DNA from: a virus
DNA length: 64,000 nt
Direction: 5' to 3' (one strand)
IMG/VR virus record: IMGVR_UViG_3300042502_000959
Span: 3,035 to 67,034 of that record
Of the stretch, positions 1 to 10,161 are shown one piece after another. A model generated the notes under the pieces. That model saw only the letters and a program-made list of their open reading frames with translations. It was not told where the DNA came from and ran no database searches. A program made the position numbers and the translations under genes. Each line of letters begins with the position of its first letter. Positions within the stretch are counted from its first letter, which is position 1.

Positions 1-96
1 AAGATTATTATTGAATATGACTACCACCAGATGCCAAGCATGACTAATTCAGACTGGGTTCCAGAAAGAATTTTACCAGTAAAACAGATTATTTAA
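1..96 (+). CDS. 3' end of upstream gene (partial; likely tail/neck protein)
   Basis: Open frame 1 KIIIEYDYHQ...KQII ending TAA at 94-96, directly before major tail gene. Confidence 0.5.
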   Translation, partial: KIIIEYDYHQMPSMTNSDWVPERILPVKQII

Positions 97-161
97 ATAA
101 GCTGATATACTTAAGCTTGAGGAAACACGCCTATTATCTATAAAAAGAAGAGGTGAAATAA

Positions 162-830
162 ATGGCATATACAAGAGGTACAAGCACCAACATTATTGTT
201 GGAGCAGCTGCTTTGTTTACTTACGAAGCAGGAGTATTGACAGACGCAGGTCTTCCAGCTTATGAAGCTGAAGGATCTGTTGGAAACACAACAGGAACAT
301 ATCGTGAAACCCTAGCTGACTCTGCAGCCTTCCGTAACGTTGGTTATACAATGAACGGTCTAGAGCTACAGTTCCAGCCAGATTTTGGCGAGGTACAGGT
401 TGATCAGGTTCTTGACGTTGCAAAGCTATACAAGCAGGGTATGCAGGTTAACCTGAACACTGCTTTTGCTGAAGCAACACTAGAGAACTTGCTGTTCTCC
501 TTGGCTGGTAGAGATGCAGATCTCACATCAAGCGCAGGAGCAACAGGAATTAAGGTTGGATCCCCAACCCTAAACCTATCAGCAGGTGACATCGGTGAGT
601 GTCCAGTTGAGCGTGGCCTAGTTGCTGTTGGTCCAGGTACAGGTGACTGTGACCCAGACGAGCAGATTGAGCGTATTTACGTTGCATACCGTGCACTTTC
701 TATTGAGAGTGTTACAGTTTCTGCAAAGCGTGATGAGCCAACTATGTACGAGGTTTCATTCCGTCTACTGCCAAACGATGCTGCATCCTACGGTAAGATC
801 GTAGACCGCACTATCCCAGCAGTATCGTAA
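162..830 (+). CDS. Major tail (tube) protein
   Basis: 222 aa, GAGG RBS, first gene of tail module before chaperones and tape measure, followed by terminator; NIIVGAA..GYT..G motif. Confidence 0.8.
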   Translation: MAYTRGTSTNIIVGAAALFTYEAGVLTDAGLPAYEAEGSVGNTTGTYRETLADSAAFRNVGYTMNGLELQFQPDFGEVQVDQVLDVAKLYKQGMQVNLNTAFAEATLENLLFSLAGRDADLTSSAGATGIKVGSPTLNLSAGDIGECPVERGLVAVGPGTGDCDPDEQIERIYVAYRALSIESVTVSAKRDEPTMYEVSFRLLPNDAASYGKIVDRTIPAVS

Positions 831-850
831 TACAAACTAACAACGCAGAG

Positions 851-886
851 TTACCCAGTCTTTTTAGGCTGGGTAATTTTGTTTTT
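851..886 (+). terminator. Rho-independent terminator
   Basis: TTACCCAGTC-TTTTTA-GGCTGGGTAA stem-loop followed by TTTTGTTTTT. Confidence 0.8.
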
Positions 887-902
887 GCGGTATACTTATA
901 TA

Positions 903-1604
903 ATGGCAACAACAATATATAAAACGGGAAAAGTCAGCTTAATTGACGGTACTGAGATTAACCTATCTCCATTAAAAATAAAGTATCTTAGAGAATTTAT
1001 GGAAGCCTTTGAGCTTGTAAAAACTGCAGATAGCGATGAAGAAGCTATCATATTTCTGTCAAATTGTGCTGCTATATCAATGCAACAGTACCATCCCAAA
1101 ATAGCAACAATTGCCGAGCTAGAAGATTCTATGGATTTGCCAGGAATATACAAGGTCTTAGAAATTGCTGCTGGAATAAAAATTAATGAAGATTCTGAAG
1201 ACTCTGTAAAAGATCAGGCTGGGGATGGCGGATCTTCTTGGGACAAGCTTGATTTAGCTAAGCTTGAAGCAGAAGCTTTTTTGCTGGGCATTTGGAAAGA
1301 CTACGAAGAATTAGAAATTAGCATGTCTATGCCAGAGCTCCTAATAACCTTAGAGTCAAAAAGAGAACTTGACTATCAAGAAAAGAAGTTCCTGGCCGCT
1401 ATTCAGGGGGTTGACATAGATAAGAACAATAGCCAAGCTCCAGAGAATAAGTGGGAAGACATGAAGGCCAGAGTGTTCAGTGGTGGAAAAGCTAAGGACG
1501 GAAATGACGTCTTAGCCCTCCAAGGAGTTAATGCTCAAAAGGCTGGTTTTGGAATTGGAATGGGCCTTGGATATGAAGACTTGACTAAAAAGCCTAAAAA
1601 ATAA
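903..1604 (+). CDS. Tail assembly chaperone, long (GT-like) form
   Basis: Between tail tube and tape measure; ATG 903 is 6 nt after TATACT (leaderless); N-terminal ~95 aa paralogous to 1657..1977. Confidence 0.7.
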   Translation: MATTIYKTGKVSLIDGTEINLSPLKIKYLREFMEAFELVKTADSDEEAIIFLSNCAAISMQQYHPKIATIAELEDSMDLPGIYKVLEIAAGIKINEDSEDSVKDQAGDGGSSWDKLDLAKLEAEAFLLGIWKDYEELEISMSMPELLITLESKRELDYQEKKFLAAIQGVDIDKNNSQAPENKWEDMKARVFSGGKAKDGNDVLALQGVNAQKAGFGIGMGLGYEDLTKKPKK

Positions 1605-1656
1605 AGCTTTTTGTGTTATAATTAATAAAGCCTCATAGCGGAAGGAATACAAAAAT

Positions 1657-1977
1657 ATGAGTACAGAAGTATACGAAGAGAAAACAATTAAGTTAATTGA
1701 CGGAACAGAAGTTAAGGTGCGCCCACTAAAGATTTCTTTGCTACGTCCATTTATGAAAAAGTTTGAGGGTATTACAGCAGTAGCAGAAGACAACGACAAG
1801 TCTATGAGCCTACTGATGGAATGTGTTCAAATTGCAATGAGACAGTACAAGCCAGAAATGGCTGAAGATTTAAAGGCTTTGGAAGATAATCTAGATCTTC
1901 CAACAGTCTACAAGATTGTAGAAGAAGCATCTGGGGTTAAGCTCTCAGAGGCATCTCTTGGTCTTGTAAATGCCTAA
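1657..1977 (+). CDS. Tail assembly chaperone, short (G-like) form
   Basis: 106 aa, own TGTTATAAT promoter and AAGGA RBS, immediately before tape measure; LIDGTE..PLKI..LR.FM shared with upstream ORF. Confidence 0.75.
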   Translation: MSTEVYEEKTIKLIDGTEVKVRPLKISLLRPFMKKFEGITAVAEDNDKSMSLLMECVQIAMRQYKPEMAEDLKALEDNLDLPTVYKIVEEASGVKLSEASLGLVNA

Positions 1978-1996
1978 GTAAAGAGGGTGCTAGTGG

Positions 1997-4900
1997 ATGG
2001 CTGAAGACGCCAATGCCAGAATAAGAGTCGATATTGACACAGCCGCAGCGCTGGCCAATATTAAGAATCTCCAACGGCAGATATCAACTTTCCACACCTC
2101 TCTGGCAAAGTCCAGTGCGCAGGCTACTGCATCTTCTTTACAGTTGCAGCAAAGCCTAATTAATGGTATAAATAAGACTGGTCAATTTTCTGCTGGTATT
2201 AAAACTATAAAAACTACCACAGACTCTTTTACCAATTCGCTTCAAAAAAATAAACTCTCTATGGGGGAATACTTTAGGTATTCTGCTGCAGCCACAAAGA
2301 GCTTTGGAAGATTTTTCTCATCAGAGTTTGAGACAATAAACAAGGTAGCACGTGAACGTGTTAAGGATTTGCAGACCCAGTATATTAAAATGGGTAGAGA
2401 TGCAAATGGAGCGATGCGAGCCATTGCGGTTAGACCGCTATCGCTTGACATGGAAAACCTAGCAACAAAAACTCAAATTGCTGCTCAGCGCCAAGCCCTT
2501 CTTAATCAAATGCTTAAGCAGGGATCTACTAATCTTCTAAACTTTGGTAAGAATACCCAGTGGGCTGGTCGTCAGCTTATGGTTGGTTTTACCGTACCCC
2601 TAATAATGCTTGGTAGCGTTGCAGCTAAAACATTCATGGACATGGAAAAGCAAGCTGTAAGATTTAAGCGTGTCTATGGCGAAATGTTTACTACAACAGA
2701 GGAAACCAATAAGGCTCTTCAGGATATAAAGAATCTTGCAAATGAGTTTACAAAGTATGGTGTCGCTGTATCAAAAACTATGGAACTGGCTGCTGACATT
2801 GCAGCTACTGGCAAGATGGGTGCAGAGCTTACCGCTCAAGTTGCAGAAACAACAAGGCTAGCCGTGCTTGGTGGGGTAGAGCAAGCAGAGGCCCTACAAG
2901 CAACAATATCATTAACAGACGCCTTTGGAGTTTCTGCAGAAGATCTAGCAGGGAAGATTGATTTCCTAAACGCTGTTGAAAACCAAACTATTACTTCTAT
3001 TGAAGACCTAACCATTGCTATTCCCAAAGCTGGTCCAGTCGTACAACAGCTTGGTGGAGATGTTGAAGACCTTACGTTCTTCCTAACAGCTATGCGTGAG
3101 GGTGGAATCAATGCCTCTGAAGGTGCTAACGCACTAAAGTCTGGTCTTGCAGCTCTTATTAACCCAACTGGAAAAGCGTCCGAGATGCTTGCAGGGTTTG
3201 GTATTAACATCAAGGGCATTGTTGAAGCAAATGCTGGAGATGTAAAAGGTCTAGTTATAGACTTTGCTTCAGCACTCGATGAGCTAGCCCCCCTAGATCG
3301 TGCACGAGCAATTGAACAGCTATTTGGAAAGTTTCAATTCTCTCGTCTATCAACTTTATTCCAAAACGTTATTAAGGATGGAAACCAAGCAAGTCGTGTC
3401 TTAAAGCTAACAAATGCCACCACTGCTGAACTAGCAGTTCTTTCCGAAAGAGAGCTTAAGAAAATTGAAGACTCTCCAATGTTTAAATTCCAAAAAGCTT
3501 TGGAAGACATTAAAGTAACTCTCGTACCACTTGGCGAGGCATTCCTAAAGGCAGTTACCCCACTGCTAGAGTTTGGAACTAGCGTACTTAAAAAGTTTGA
3601 TGAGCTAGATGAAGGCGCAAAGGGATTTGTTGTTGGCCTAACAGCTATTGCTGGAGTAATTGGTCCAATATTCCTAATGGGCTTTGGTCTTATTGCTAAC
3701 GGTGTAGCAAACGTAATAAAGGGATTTGTATTCTTTAAAACCGCAATGAATAAAGCTGGAAGTGCTAGCACACAGCTAGGAATGCAAACTGAGTACATGA
3801 CTCAGCAACAGCTAGAGGCAGCTGCAGTAGCAGCCTCTCTAGATCAGGTGCATACAAAACTAAAACAAACATTTACTTCTGAAGCAGCAGCTATAAATGG
3901 ATTGACTGCCGCATACGAAAGAGCAATCTTAAAGCAAGCTGCTTTTGCTGGAACTCCAATGGCTATAGGAAGAGGAGCAAAATCTCCTAAGAAGCTAGCT
4001 TCTGGAATTCTTTCAGTGCCTGGGCCAAAGGGTGCTGGAGACGTTGTTCCAGCCATGCTCTCTCCTGGAGAAGCAGTTATCCCAGCAGAAAAAGCAGAAA
4101 AATATCGTGGATTTATTCAAGCATTAATTTCTGGAAATATTCCTGGGTTTAGAAACGGTACGGGCGACGTAGACTATGTTAGGGCAATTGCAAAAAGAGA
4201 AGTTGCGGGTAGTGGGTTCAGTAGCTCTCCAGACGAGGTCAGAAGGCAAACCGAACTAAAGTCCTGGGCTGGCATGGATAAAGAAATGGCTGCCAAAAAA
4301 GCAGAACTTGAAAAAATGAGACAAGAGGGAAGAAAAATTTCTTCAAGTCAAGAACGATCTCTCCTTAAAGCAACTCCAGATGCTGCTCACGTTAAGCAGT
4401 CTAGCTACAAGATTTCAGTAGCTGGAAGACAAGTCCCCACCAAGTCCTGGATGGCCAGGAGCTTGCTGGCAGATGACCCAATGGTTAATAGGTACGCTGC
4501 TCAAGCTAATCTAGAAAAAGGCGGCGGCGGAACAAAAAGCACCCAGAATGCTTTAAAGGGCATGATGGATCCAAAGGGGCAAGAGGCTCTAGCCAAAAAG
4601 CTGGGCGTATCGCAAAAAGAACTTAACAAACAGTTAAAGCTGTTAAGTCAGGGAATATCTCCTTCTACTGCTGGCGGATCAAAAGTTATGCAAGAGCTGG
4701 CAAGAAGAGATCCAAAACCAAATCAAGGAAGGCTTGCTGCGTCAGTTCTAAAATCTAGGGATGATTTTGCAAAGAAGAATCCAGGAAAAGGTTTTTATGA
4801 AACATTAGGAAGTAGAAAATACGATCCTTCTAAGGATGAAGCTGTTAAGAAAAATCAAGAAGCGGCAACAGCAAAGGCTGACGCTAGGGCAAAGGCCAAA

Positions 4901-7900
4901 GTTGACAAACTTACTAAAGCTCAAAAAGACGAGTCTGCTAGGGCATTCGCAAAATCTCAAGAAGCAGAAAAAGCAAAAACAAGTGCTACCGCAAAACAAG
5001 CTTCTGTAATTAACAAAGAAACAAAAGCTACAGAAAAAGCAACAAAAGAAAAAGTTGCAGCTACAAAGGCAGTAAAAGAAAACAAAAAAGAAACAGTCAA
5101 AGAGACTAAGGCAAAGCAAAAGCTGGCAACCCCTGCTGGTCCAGGACAGTCTCAAAGAATTACAGCTAGAGAAACAAAAGCTGGCACACGTTACTACTCT
5201 GGAAACAAATTAGTTGCAGACCAAAAAGCTGGACAAACAACCTATAACAGACAGCAGGGGGCTGCAAAGGGTGTAGAGACAAGAAGGGCTAATGCTGCAC
5301 TAAGGTCCCAGGCTCCTCAAGCTCAGCAAAGAGGCTCTGGTGGTGGAAGGGCTGGTATGGTTGGCATGGTGGCTTCTGGAGCCGTAATGGGTGGGTCAAT
5401 GTTGCCTGGTGCCGCAGGAAAAGTTGCACAAGACCTAATGATGCCAATCATGGCACTTTCAATGATTTTGCCAATGTTGCCAGGCCCAGTAGCTATTGCA
5501 GTTGCTGCTATTTCTGGATTGGCCATGGCTGCCTTTGCTCTAAAGGGTGCATTTGACACCGCTCAAAAAGAGGCGATAGAATTAACAGAAACTTTGGGCT
5601 CTGGTTCAAAAGCAATTCTTGCTTATGCAGAATTTGCAGGAACGGCATCAGCTGGAGAAGTTATGGATAAGCAAAGAGCCAATAACGCTTCTCCCTTTTC
5701 TGTTCAGCAGGGTAAAACAACATTTGGAGAATCTTTTGTAACTAGCGAACAGGGTAAGGGTATGCTAGAGTCACTAAGAAAGAGTGTTGCAACTTCTGGG
5801 TCTTCTGCAACACAAGCTCAACTTGTAAATCAGCTAGGAACTGCCGTTGCCTCTGGGGCATTAAATGAAGCACAAGCAAGAAGCATTGCAGCTAGTATTG
5901 GAAAAGAATTAGGGAATCAATCTTTTGGCATTAACGTTAATGCAAAGCTCATTGAAATATTCGGTCCAAATGGAGAAAATCTTATAAACGAGCCCCTTGA
6001 GGTTAGAGTAAAAATGATAGAGCAAACTCAGGATCAGGTTGGAGCTACTATAAAAGCTGGCCAGGTTCGAAGCTCTACTGCAACTCCTTTAGTTAGCGAA
6101 GGACTTGCGTTATCCGCAGCCCTAGGGGCTACTGGCTTAATGGCAAACGCTGTTCCAGTAGTCGGACAAGTTGCCAGTGGAATACTTCTTGCATCGTCTG
6201 CAGCAGTCCTTTTAGGAACTGGTATTGCAGCTGGAGTAGACAGAATGGCAAAGCTGGGAGAAGTCTCTGGTACCAATGTTGCCATGGGAATGATTGCTAT
6301 GCAGCAGCAGCAAGAAATGGTAGACTCTCTAGATCTAGAATATCAGAAACGAATTGCCAATGCCGTTGCAGCTGGGGACGTGGCAAGAGCAGAAGAGCTT
6401 ACAACACAGCATATACGAGACAGGGAAGCCCTTCTTATCAAGAATGCGGAAACAACTCAAATGGTTCTTGACAACTTTGCTAAGCAAGACGTGTTTTTTG
6501 GACAAGGTGCTTATATGGATGCAGCCAAGAAGGCTGTTGATGTGGCTTACGCAGACGATCCCGTTAAGGGACAGATTGCTAAGGGTGCTACGGGACAAAT
6601 AGGCAGTGCAGCCTTAGACCAAACTCAAAAGTACCAGATGACGCTCATGCTTGCAAGCAAGGAGCTAGACCCAATGGTTGCTACTCAGCTACTATCTAGT
6701 TTTGGTAATGATGGCGAACAGTTGACGAAGGTCCTTAATATCATGACCAACATCGGATCCGCTGATGGAAATCGTGCAATCGCATTAATGAATGCGTTTG
6801 TTGATAAAGATGGCGAGGCTTTGCCAGATCAACAAAAAACATTTATTGCAAATATAGAGTCTAAAACTCCAGCACAAGCTCAAAAAGCCTTGGCCATGTT
6901 TGAAGAAGTGGCAAAGCTGGGTGGAGCTAACGTTCTTGAAGCTAGCGTAATTATGCAATTCTACAATAAGAATCCACAAGCACAGAAAAAAATGGAAGAC
7001 ATGATAGAGCAAATAAACTCTTATGGGGGAGAGTTGACCATGGACTTTGTTCAAAATCTAGTTGGAGAAGCACAGTTTGAAGCCTTTAAACAAAACCAAG
7101 CTTATTTCGAAAGTCTGGACAATGAACAAAGAAAAGACTATGTTTCTGCATTTGTTAATACCATGGAGTTGCGTGGTGATAAGGATATGCAAGATGCTTG
7201 GAGAGCATGGCAGAAAACACTACCTGCAGATCAAAAGGCTAGGGCCTTTGAAGACTTTGCAACTGTTACTGCAGTAAGAGTTACTGAGGCTGGGAAAGAC
7301 GCATCGGCGGTAGACATAGAACAAGAAGACACTAGCGGAGGCGGTGGCGGAGGACCATCTGCATCCCCACTAGACGACCTCTTGAAAAAACTTAGAGATA
7401 TTCGTAAAAACCAAATTGGTGTAACCAAGGGCTTTGAAGCATCAGCTAACGCAATCAATAAGTTGTTTGGAGGCGGAGCTGGAATCAATCTTTTCAGCGG
7501 TATTGAAAATGACATGAGACGACTAGGGGCTGGAGAAGACCTAATCAGCCTTATAGCTGGAATGGATCCAGAAGAGTTTGAAAAGAAAAAGAATACCCTA
7601 TTTAATTTTGACAAGCAAACTGGAGAAATTATAGGATTTAAAAATCAGTTAAAGAATATTGGAAAAGCTCTTTCTGCAATCGCTATTGGTCAATATGTTA
7701 ACCAGCAGCAGAAACAGGCTCAAGAGTCAAAGAATCAGGTATTAGCATTTAACCAGTTAAGGTCGTCTGGATATTCTGTTGCAGAAGCGTATGAAGCAAT
7801 TCAGGATGCAGCGCTTGCCGCAGGCATAGTTGCTGGAGATTACACCCAACAACAAATAGCTGAGATGCTTGCATTACAGAGAGCAACTGCAGAAGCAGCA

Positions 7901-9448
7901 AAGCAATTTGAAAGGCTAACTCCAGAAGGAATCCAACAGGTTTTTGATGAAGGCTTTAATAAGGCAATGGAAGCGTTTGACGTTCAAGAGAAAAAACTAA
8001 CTCTAGAGTATGAGCTAAAGATAGCAGATGATCAAAAAATTATTGAAGATGCTCAAAATCAGATAGATGGAATAAGATACCAGCTTGACGATTACGAAGC
8101 AGATTTGCGTGGTATTGAGCAGCAAGAGGATGCTATTAACAAGACTTATGACGATAAGCTAGAAGCACTAGAAAAGGTACGCAAAGCAAATCAAAAAGTT
8201 CTTGATCAAGAAAAGGGCAAGCTATCAGTTGCAGAAGCCATTACTCGTGGCGATCTTTCTGCAGCAGCTAGGGCTATTCAGGACGTAAGACAAACTTCTG
8301 CTTCTGGATACTTCTCAAGTCAAACTGACGCACTTAACCAGGGAAGACAAAACGCCCTTGACGCAATTAGAGGCGAAAATGGACTATCTAGAATTGAAAT
8401 ACAAGAAAGAATAGAAACTCTTACAAATCAGATATTTGAAATTGAAGAAAACTCTATAGAGCCAGCAACAGAAAGAGTCCGCTTGGCTGGAGTAGAGCTA
8501 GCATCAAGAATTAAAGAGCTAGAAGTTTTGGACAAAACAAAAACTGAATGGGAAACTATTAAGAACAATATTGATTTCGCTAGAGTAAATAGTAAAACTT
8601 ACAAAGATGCAATTATAGAAGCCGAAAAAATTGTTCAAAAGGTTCTAGATGCTTGGAATGAAATTGAGAAGCCAAAGAGCACTGTTTATACAGTAACGAC
8701 AGTTCGAGAGGGAGATGTAAGCCCTGGAGGCCCAGGCGGTCCAGGCGGTCCAGGAAACCCAGGCCCAGACCCACTAGATCCAAGCGCTGACACCCCAGCA
8801 GCTCAGGCAAATAGGATTAGACAAGCATTAAATAACGCTACCACTGCCCCTAAAGTTTCTAAGGCACTTAGAGACGCAGCTGGAGTAACTATGTCTAATG
8901 CCGATAGAGCAGAGGCATTAATAAATAGCTACCTTGCAAAAATAACAAAAGCTCAGGCAGACGCTATTCTTTCCAAGGCTGGCGTTACTGGAAGAAGCGG
9001 AGGCGGAAGTAATGCTAACCGATTCTTGGCTAATGGAGGAAGGGTTATGTCCTACATGTCAGATGGGGGATCTCCGTTAGGCTCAGATACCGTACCAGCA
9101 ATGTTAACTCCTGGAGAATTTGTAGTAAGAAGACCTATGGTTAGGAAGTATGGAACAGATTTATTTAACAAGATTAACTCTGGATCCTTTAGCAATGTTC
9201 AGGGCATGTCTAGTCCAAACATTCAAAACATAACAACCCCAATGTTTAACTCTACAGGACCTTCTGTATCAGTTGATAAAAACTCTGTGCCATCTACACA
9301 AGTTCTCTCACCATCTTCGAATTCAGTGTATAATTATAACTTAAGTGTAAACGTTGCGTCTCAGTCAGACCCTAACTCAATTGCACAAACCGTGATGGGT
9401 CAAATTAGAATGATTGACTCTCAAAGAATAAGGGGCAACAGGTTCTAA
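1997..9448 (+). CDS. Tape measure protein
   Basis: 2483 aa, Ala-rich helical/coiled-coil, TP901-like core (GINASEGANALKS), hydrophobic segments, two VPAML(S/T)PGE motifs. Confidence 0.93.
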   Translation: MAEDANARIRVDIDTAAALANIKNLQRQISTFHTSLAKSSAQATASSLQLQQSLINGINKTGQFSAGIKTIKTTTDSFTNSLQKNKLSMGEYFRYSAAATKSFGRFFSSEFETINKVARERVKDLQTQYIKMGRDANGAMRAIAVRPLSLDMENLATKTQIAAQRQALLNQMLKQGSTNLLNFGKNTQWAGRQLMVGFTVPLIMLGSVAAKTFMDMEKQAVRFKRVYGEMFTTTEETNKALQDIKNLANEFTKYGVAVSKTMELAADIAATGKMGAELTAQVAETTRLAVLGGVEQAEALQATISLTDAFGVSAEDLAGKIDFLNAVENQTITSIEDLTIAIPKAGPVVQQLGGDVEDLTFFLTAMREGGINASEGANALKSGLAALINPTGKASEMLAGFGINIKGIVEANAGDVKGLVIDFASALDELAPLDRARAIEQLFGKFQFSRLSTLFQNVIKDGNQASRVLKLTNATTAELAVLSERELKKIEDSPMFKFQKALEDIKVTLVPLGEAFLKAVTPLLEFGTSVLKKFDELDEGAKGFVVGLTAIAGVIGPIFLMGFGLIANGVANVIKGFVFFKTAMNKAGSASTQLGMQTEYMTQQQLEAAAVAASLDQVHTKLKQTFTSEAAAINGLTAAYERAILKQAAFAGTPMAIGRGAKSPKKLASGILSVPGPKGAGDVVPAMLSPGEAVIPAEKAEKYRGFIQALISGNIPGFRNGTGDVDYVRAIAKREVAGSGFSSSPDEVRRQTELKSWAGMDKEMAAKKAELEKMRQEGRKISSSQERSLLKATPDAAHVKQSSYKISVAGRQVPTKSWMARSLLADDPMVNRYAAQANLEKGGGGTKSTQNALKGMMDPKGQEALAKKLGVSQKELNKQLKLLSQGISPSTAGGSKVMQELARRDPKPNQGRLAASVLKSRDDFAKKNPGKGFYETLGSRKYDPSKDEAVKKNQEAATAKADARAKAKVDKLTKAQKDESARAFAKSQEAEKAKTSATAKQASVINKETKATEKATKEKVAATKAVKENKKETVKETKAKQKLATPAGPGQSQRITARETKAGTRYYSGNKLVADQKAGQTTYNRQQGAAKGVETRRANAALRSQAPQAQQRGSGGGRAGMVGMVASGAVMGGSMLPGAAGKVAQDLMMPIMALSMILPMLPGPVAIAVAAISGLAMAAFALKGAFDTAQKEAIELTETLGSGSKAILAYAEFAGTASAGEVMDKQRANNASPFSVQQGKTTFGESFVTSEQGKGMLESLRKSVATSGSSATQAQLVNQLGTAVASGALNEAQARSIAASIGKELGNQSFGINVNAKLIEIFGPNGENLINEPLEVRVKMIEQTQDQVGATIKAGQVRSSTATPLVSEGLALSAALGATGLMANAVPVVGQVASGILLASSAAVLLGTGIAAGVDRMAKLGEVSGTNVAMGMIAMQQQQEMVDSLDLEYQKRIANAVAAGDVARAEELTTQHIRDREALLIKNAETTQMVLDNFAKQDVFFGQGAYMDAAKKAVDVAYADDPVKGQIAKGATGQIGSAALDQTQKYQMTLMLASKELDPMVATQLLSSFGNDGEQLTKVLNIMTNIGSADGNRAIALMNAFVDKDGEALPDQQKTFIANIESKTPAQAQKALAMFEEVAKLGGANVLEASVIMQFYNKNPQAQKKMEDMIEQINSYGGELTMDFVQNLVGEAQFEAFKQNQAYFESLDNEQRKDYVSAFVNTMELRGDKDMQDAWRAWQKTLPADQKARAFEDFATVTAVRVTEAGKDASAVDIEQEDTSGGGGGGPSASPLDDLLKKLRDIRKNQIGVTKGFEASANAINKLFGGGAGINLFSGIENDMRRLGAGEDLISLIAGMDPEEFEKKKNTLFNFDKQTGEIIGFKNQLKNIGKALSAIAIGQYVNQQQKQAQESKNQVLAFNQLRSSGYSVAEAYEAIQDAALAAGIVAGDYTQQQIAEMLALQRATAEAAKQFERLTPEGIQQVFDEGFNKAMEAFDVQEKKLTLEYELKIADDQKIIEDAQNQIDGIRYQLDDYEADLRGIEQQEDAINKTYDDKLEALEKVRKANQKVLDQEKGKLSVAEAITRGDLSAAARAIQDVRQTSASGYFSSQTDALNQGRQNALDAIRGENGLSRIEIQERIETLTNQIFEIEENSIEPATERVRLAGVELASRIKELEVLDKTKTEWETIKNNIDFARVNSKTYKDAIIEAEKIVQKVLDAWNEIEKPKSTVYTVTTVREGDVSPGGPGGPGGPGNPGPDPLDPSADTPAAQANRIRQALNNATTAPKVSKALRDAAGVTMSNADRAEALINSYLAKITKAQADAILSKAGVTGRSGGGSNANRFLANGGRVMSYMSDGGSPLGSDTVPAMLTPGEFVVRRPMVRKYGTDLFNKINSGSFSNVQGMSSPNIQNITTPMFNSTGPSVSVDKNSVPSTQVLSPSSNSVYNYNLSVNVASQSDPNSIAQTVMGQIRMIDSQRIRGNRF
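8727..8768 (+). repeat. Gly-Gly-Pro low-complexity repeat in tape measure
   Basis: GGPGGPGGPGNPGP, imperfect 9-bp repeat CCAGGCGGT. Confidence 0.6.
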
Positions 9449-10161
9449 TGGCAACTAATGCATACATGACAAATAGGAAAAAGTATAGTCGTCCGCAAGC
9501 AATGCTTTGGGCAAACAATCCAGGTAATGCTGTTGGTGGGTTCTATATTCCGTCGGGATTTGAAGTTGGACAAACTAGGCCAACAACTGCAACAGAAGAA
9601 GAGTTGCTTAATGAGTTCTTAATTTTATCAGACGATAATCGATCGGCTTTGCAGTTTAACTCGCTAAGAATTGAAAAAAAGGAAAGAATGATAAATGGTA
9701 GGATGAGGTCATACCATGTTGCAGATAAGATAGAGTTGTCTACTTCTTGGAGCATGCTCCCATCTAGATCATTTTCTGACTTTCCAGGATTTGATGAGTA
9801 TGGAAGACAGCAAGAGTTAGTAACCTCTATAGACCATGATAGTAATCCCATAACGCCAAATCAAACTATTCAGCTTAGTGGATCACCCCTATATAAAGAT
9901 CAGCAATACACCTCTGACGGCGGAGCTGGCGGGTTGGAAATACTTGATTGGTATACCAACTACAAGGGCCCTTTTTATGTTTATCTTGCCTATGATAAAT
10001 ATACAGAATTTTCTGACCAAGACACACTAAAGTATTCTAGGTTGGGCCAGTATAATGAAATTCTTGAAATGTATATTTCTAGCTTTACTTACTCAGTTGA
10101 AAAACGTGGGGGATCAAACCACGATTTATGGAACATAAGCGTAAGCCTAGAAGAGGTTTAA
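9448..10161 (+). CDS. Minor tail protein (distal-tail-like)
   Basis: Coupled (TAATG) to tape measure; size and position. Confidence 0.6.
   Translation: MATNAYMTNRKKYSRPQAMLWANNPGNAVGGFYIPSGFEVGQTRPTTATEEELLNEFLILSDDNRSALQFNSLRIEKKERMINGRMRSYHVADKIELSTSWSMLPSRSFSDFPGFDEYGRQQELVTSIDHDSNPITPNQTIQLSGSPLYKDQQYTSDGGAGGLEILDWYTNYKGPFYVYLAYDKYTEFSDQDTLKYSRLGQYNEILEMYISSFTYSVEKRGGSNHDLWNISVSLEEV

Noticed and set aside
1277-1283. T TTT TTG slippery-like heptamer in the long tail chaperone
   Set aside because: It lies inside the C-terminal extension rather than at the G/T boundary, and both chaperone forms are already encoded without a shift.
2242-8810. Numerous antisense ORFs within the tape measure and other long genes
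   Set aside because: They lie fully opposite strong genes with no RBS or recognisable motifs; they are codon-bias artefacts.
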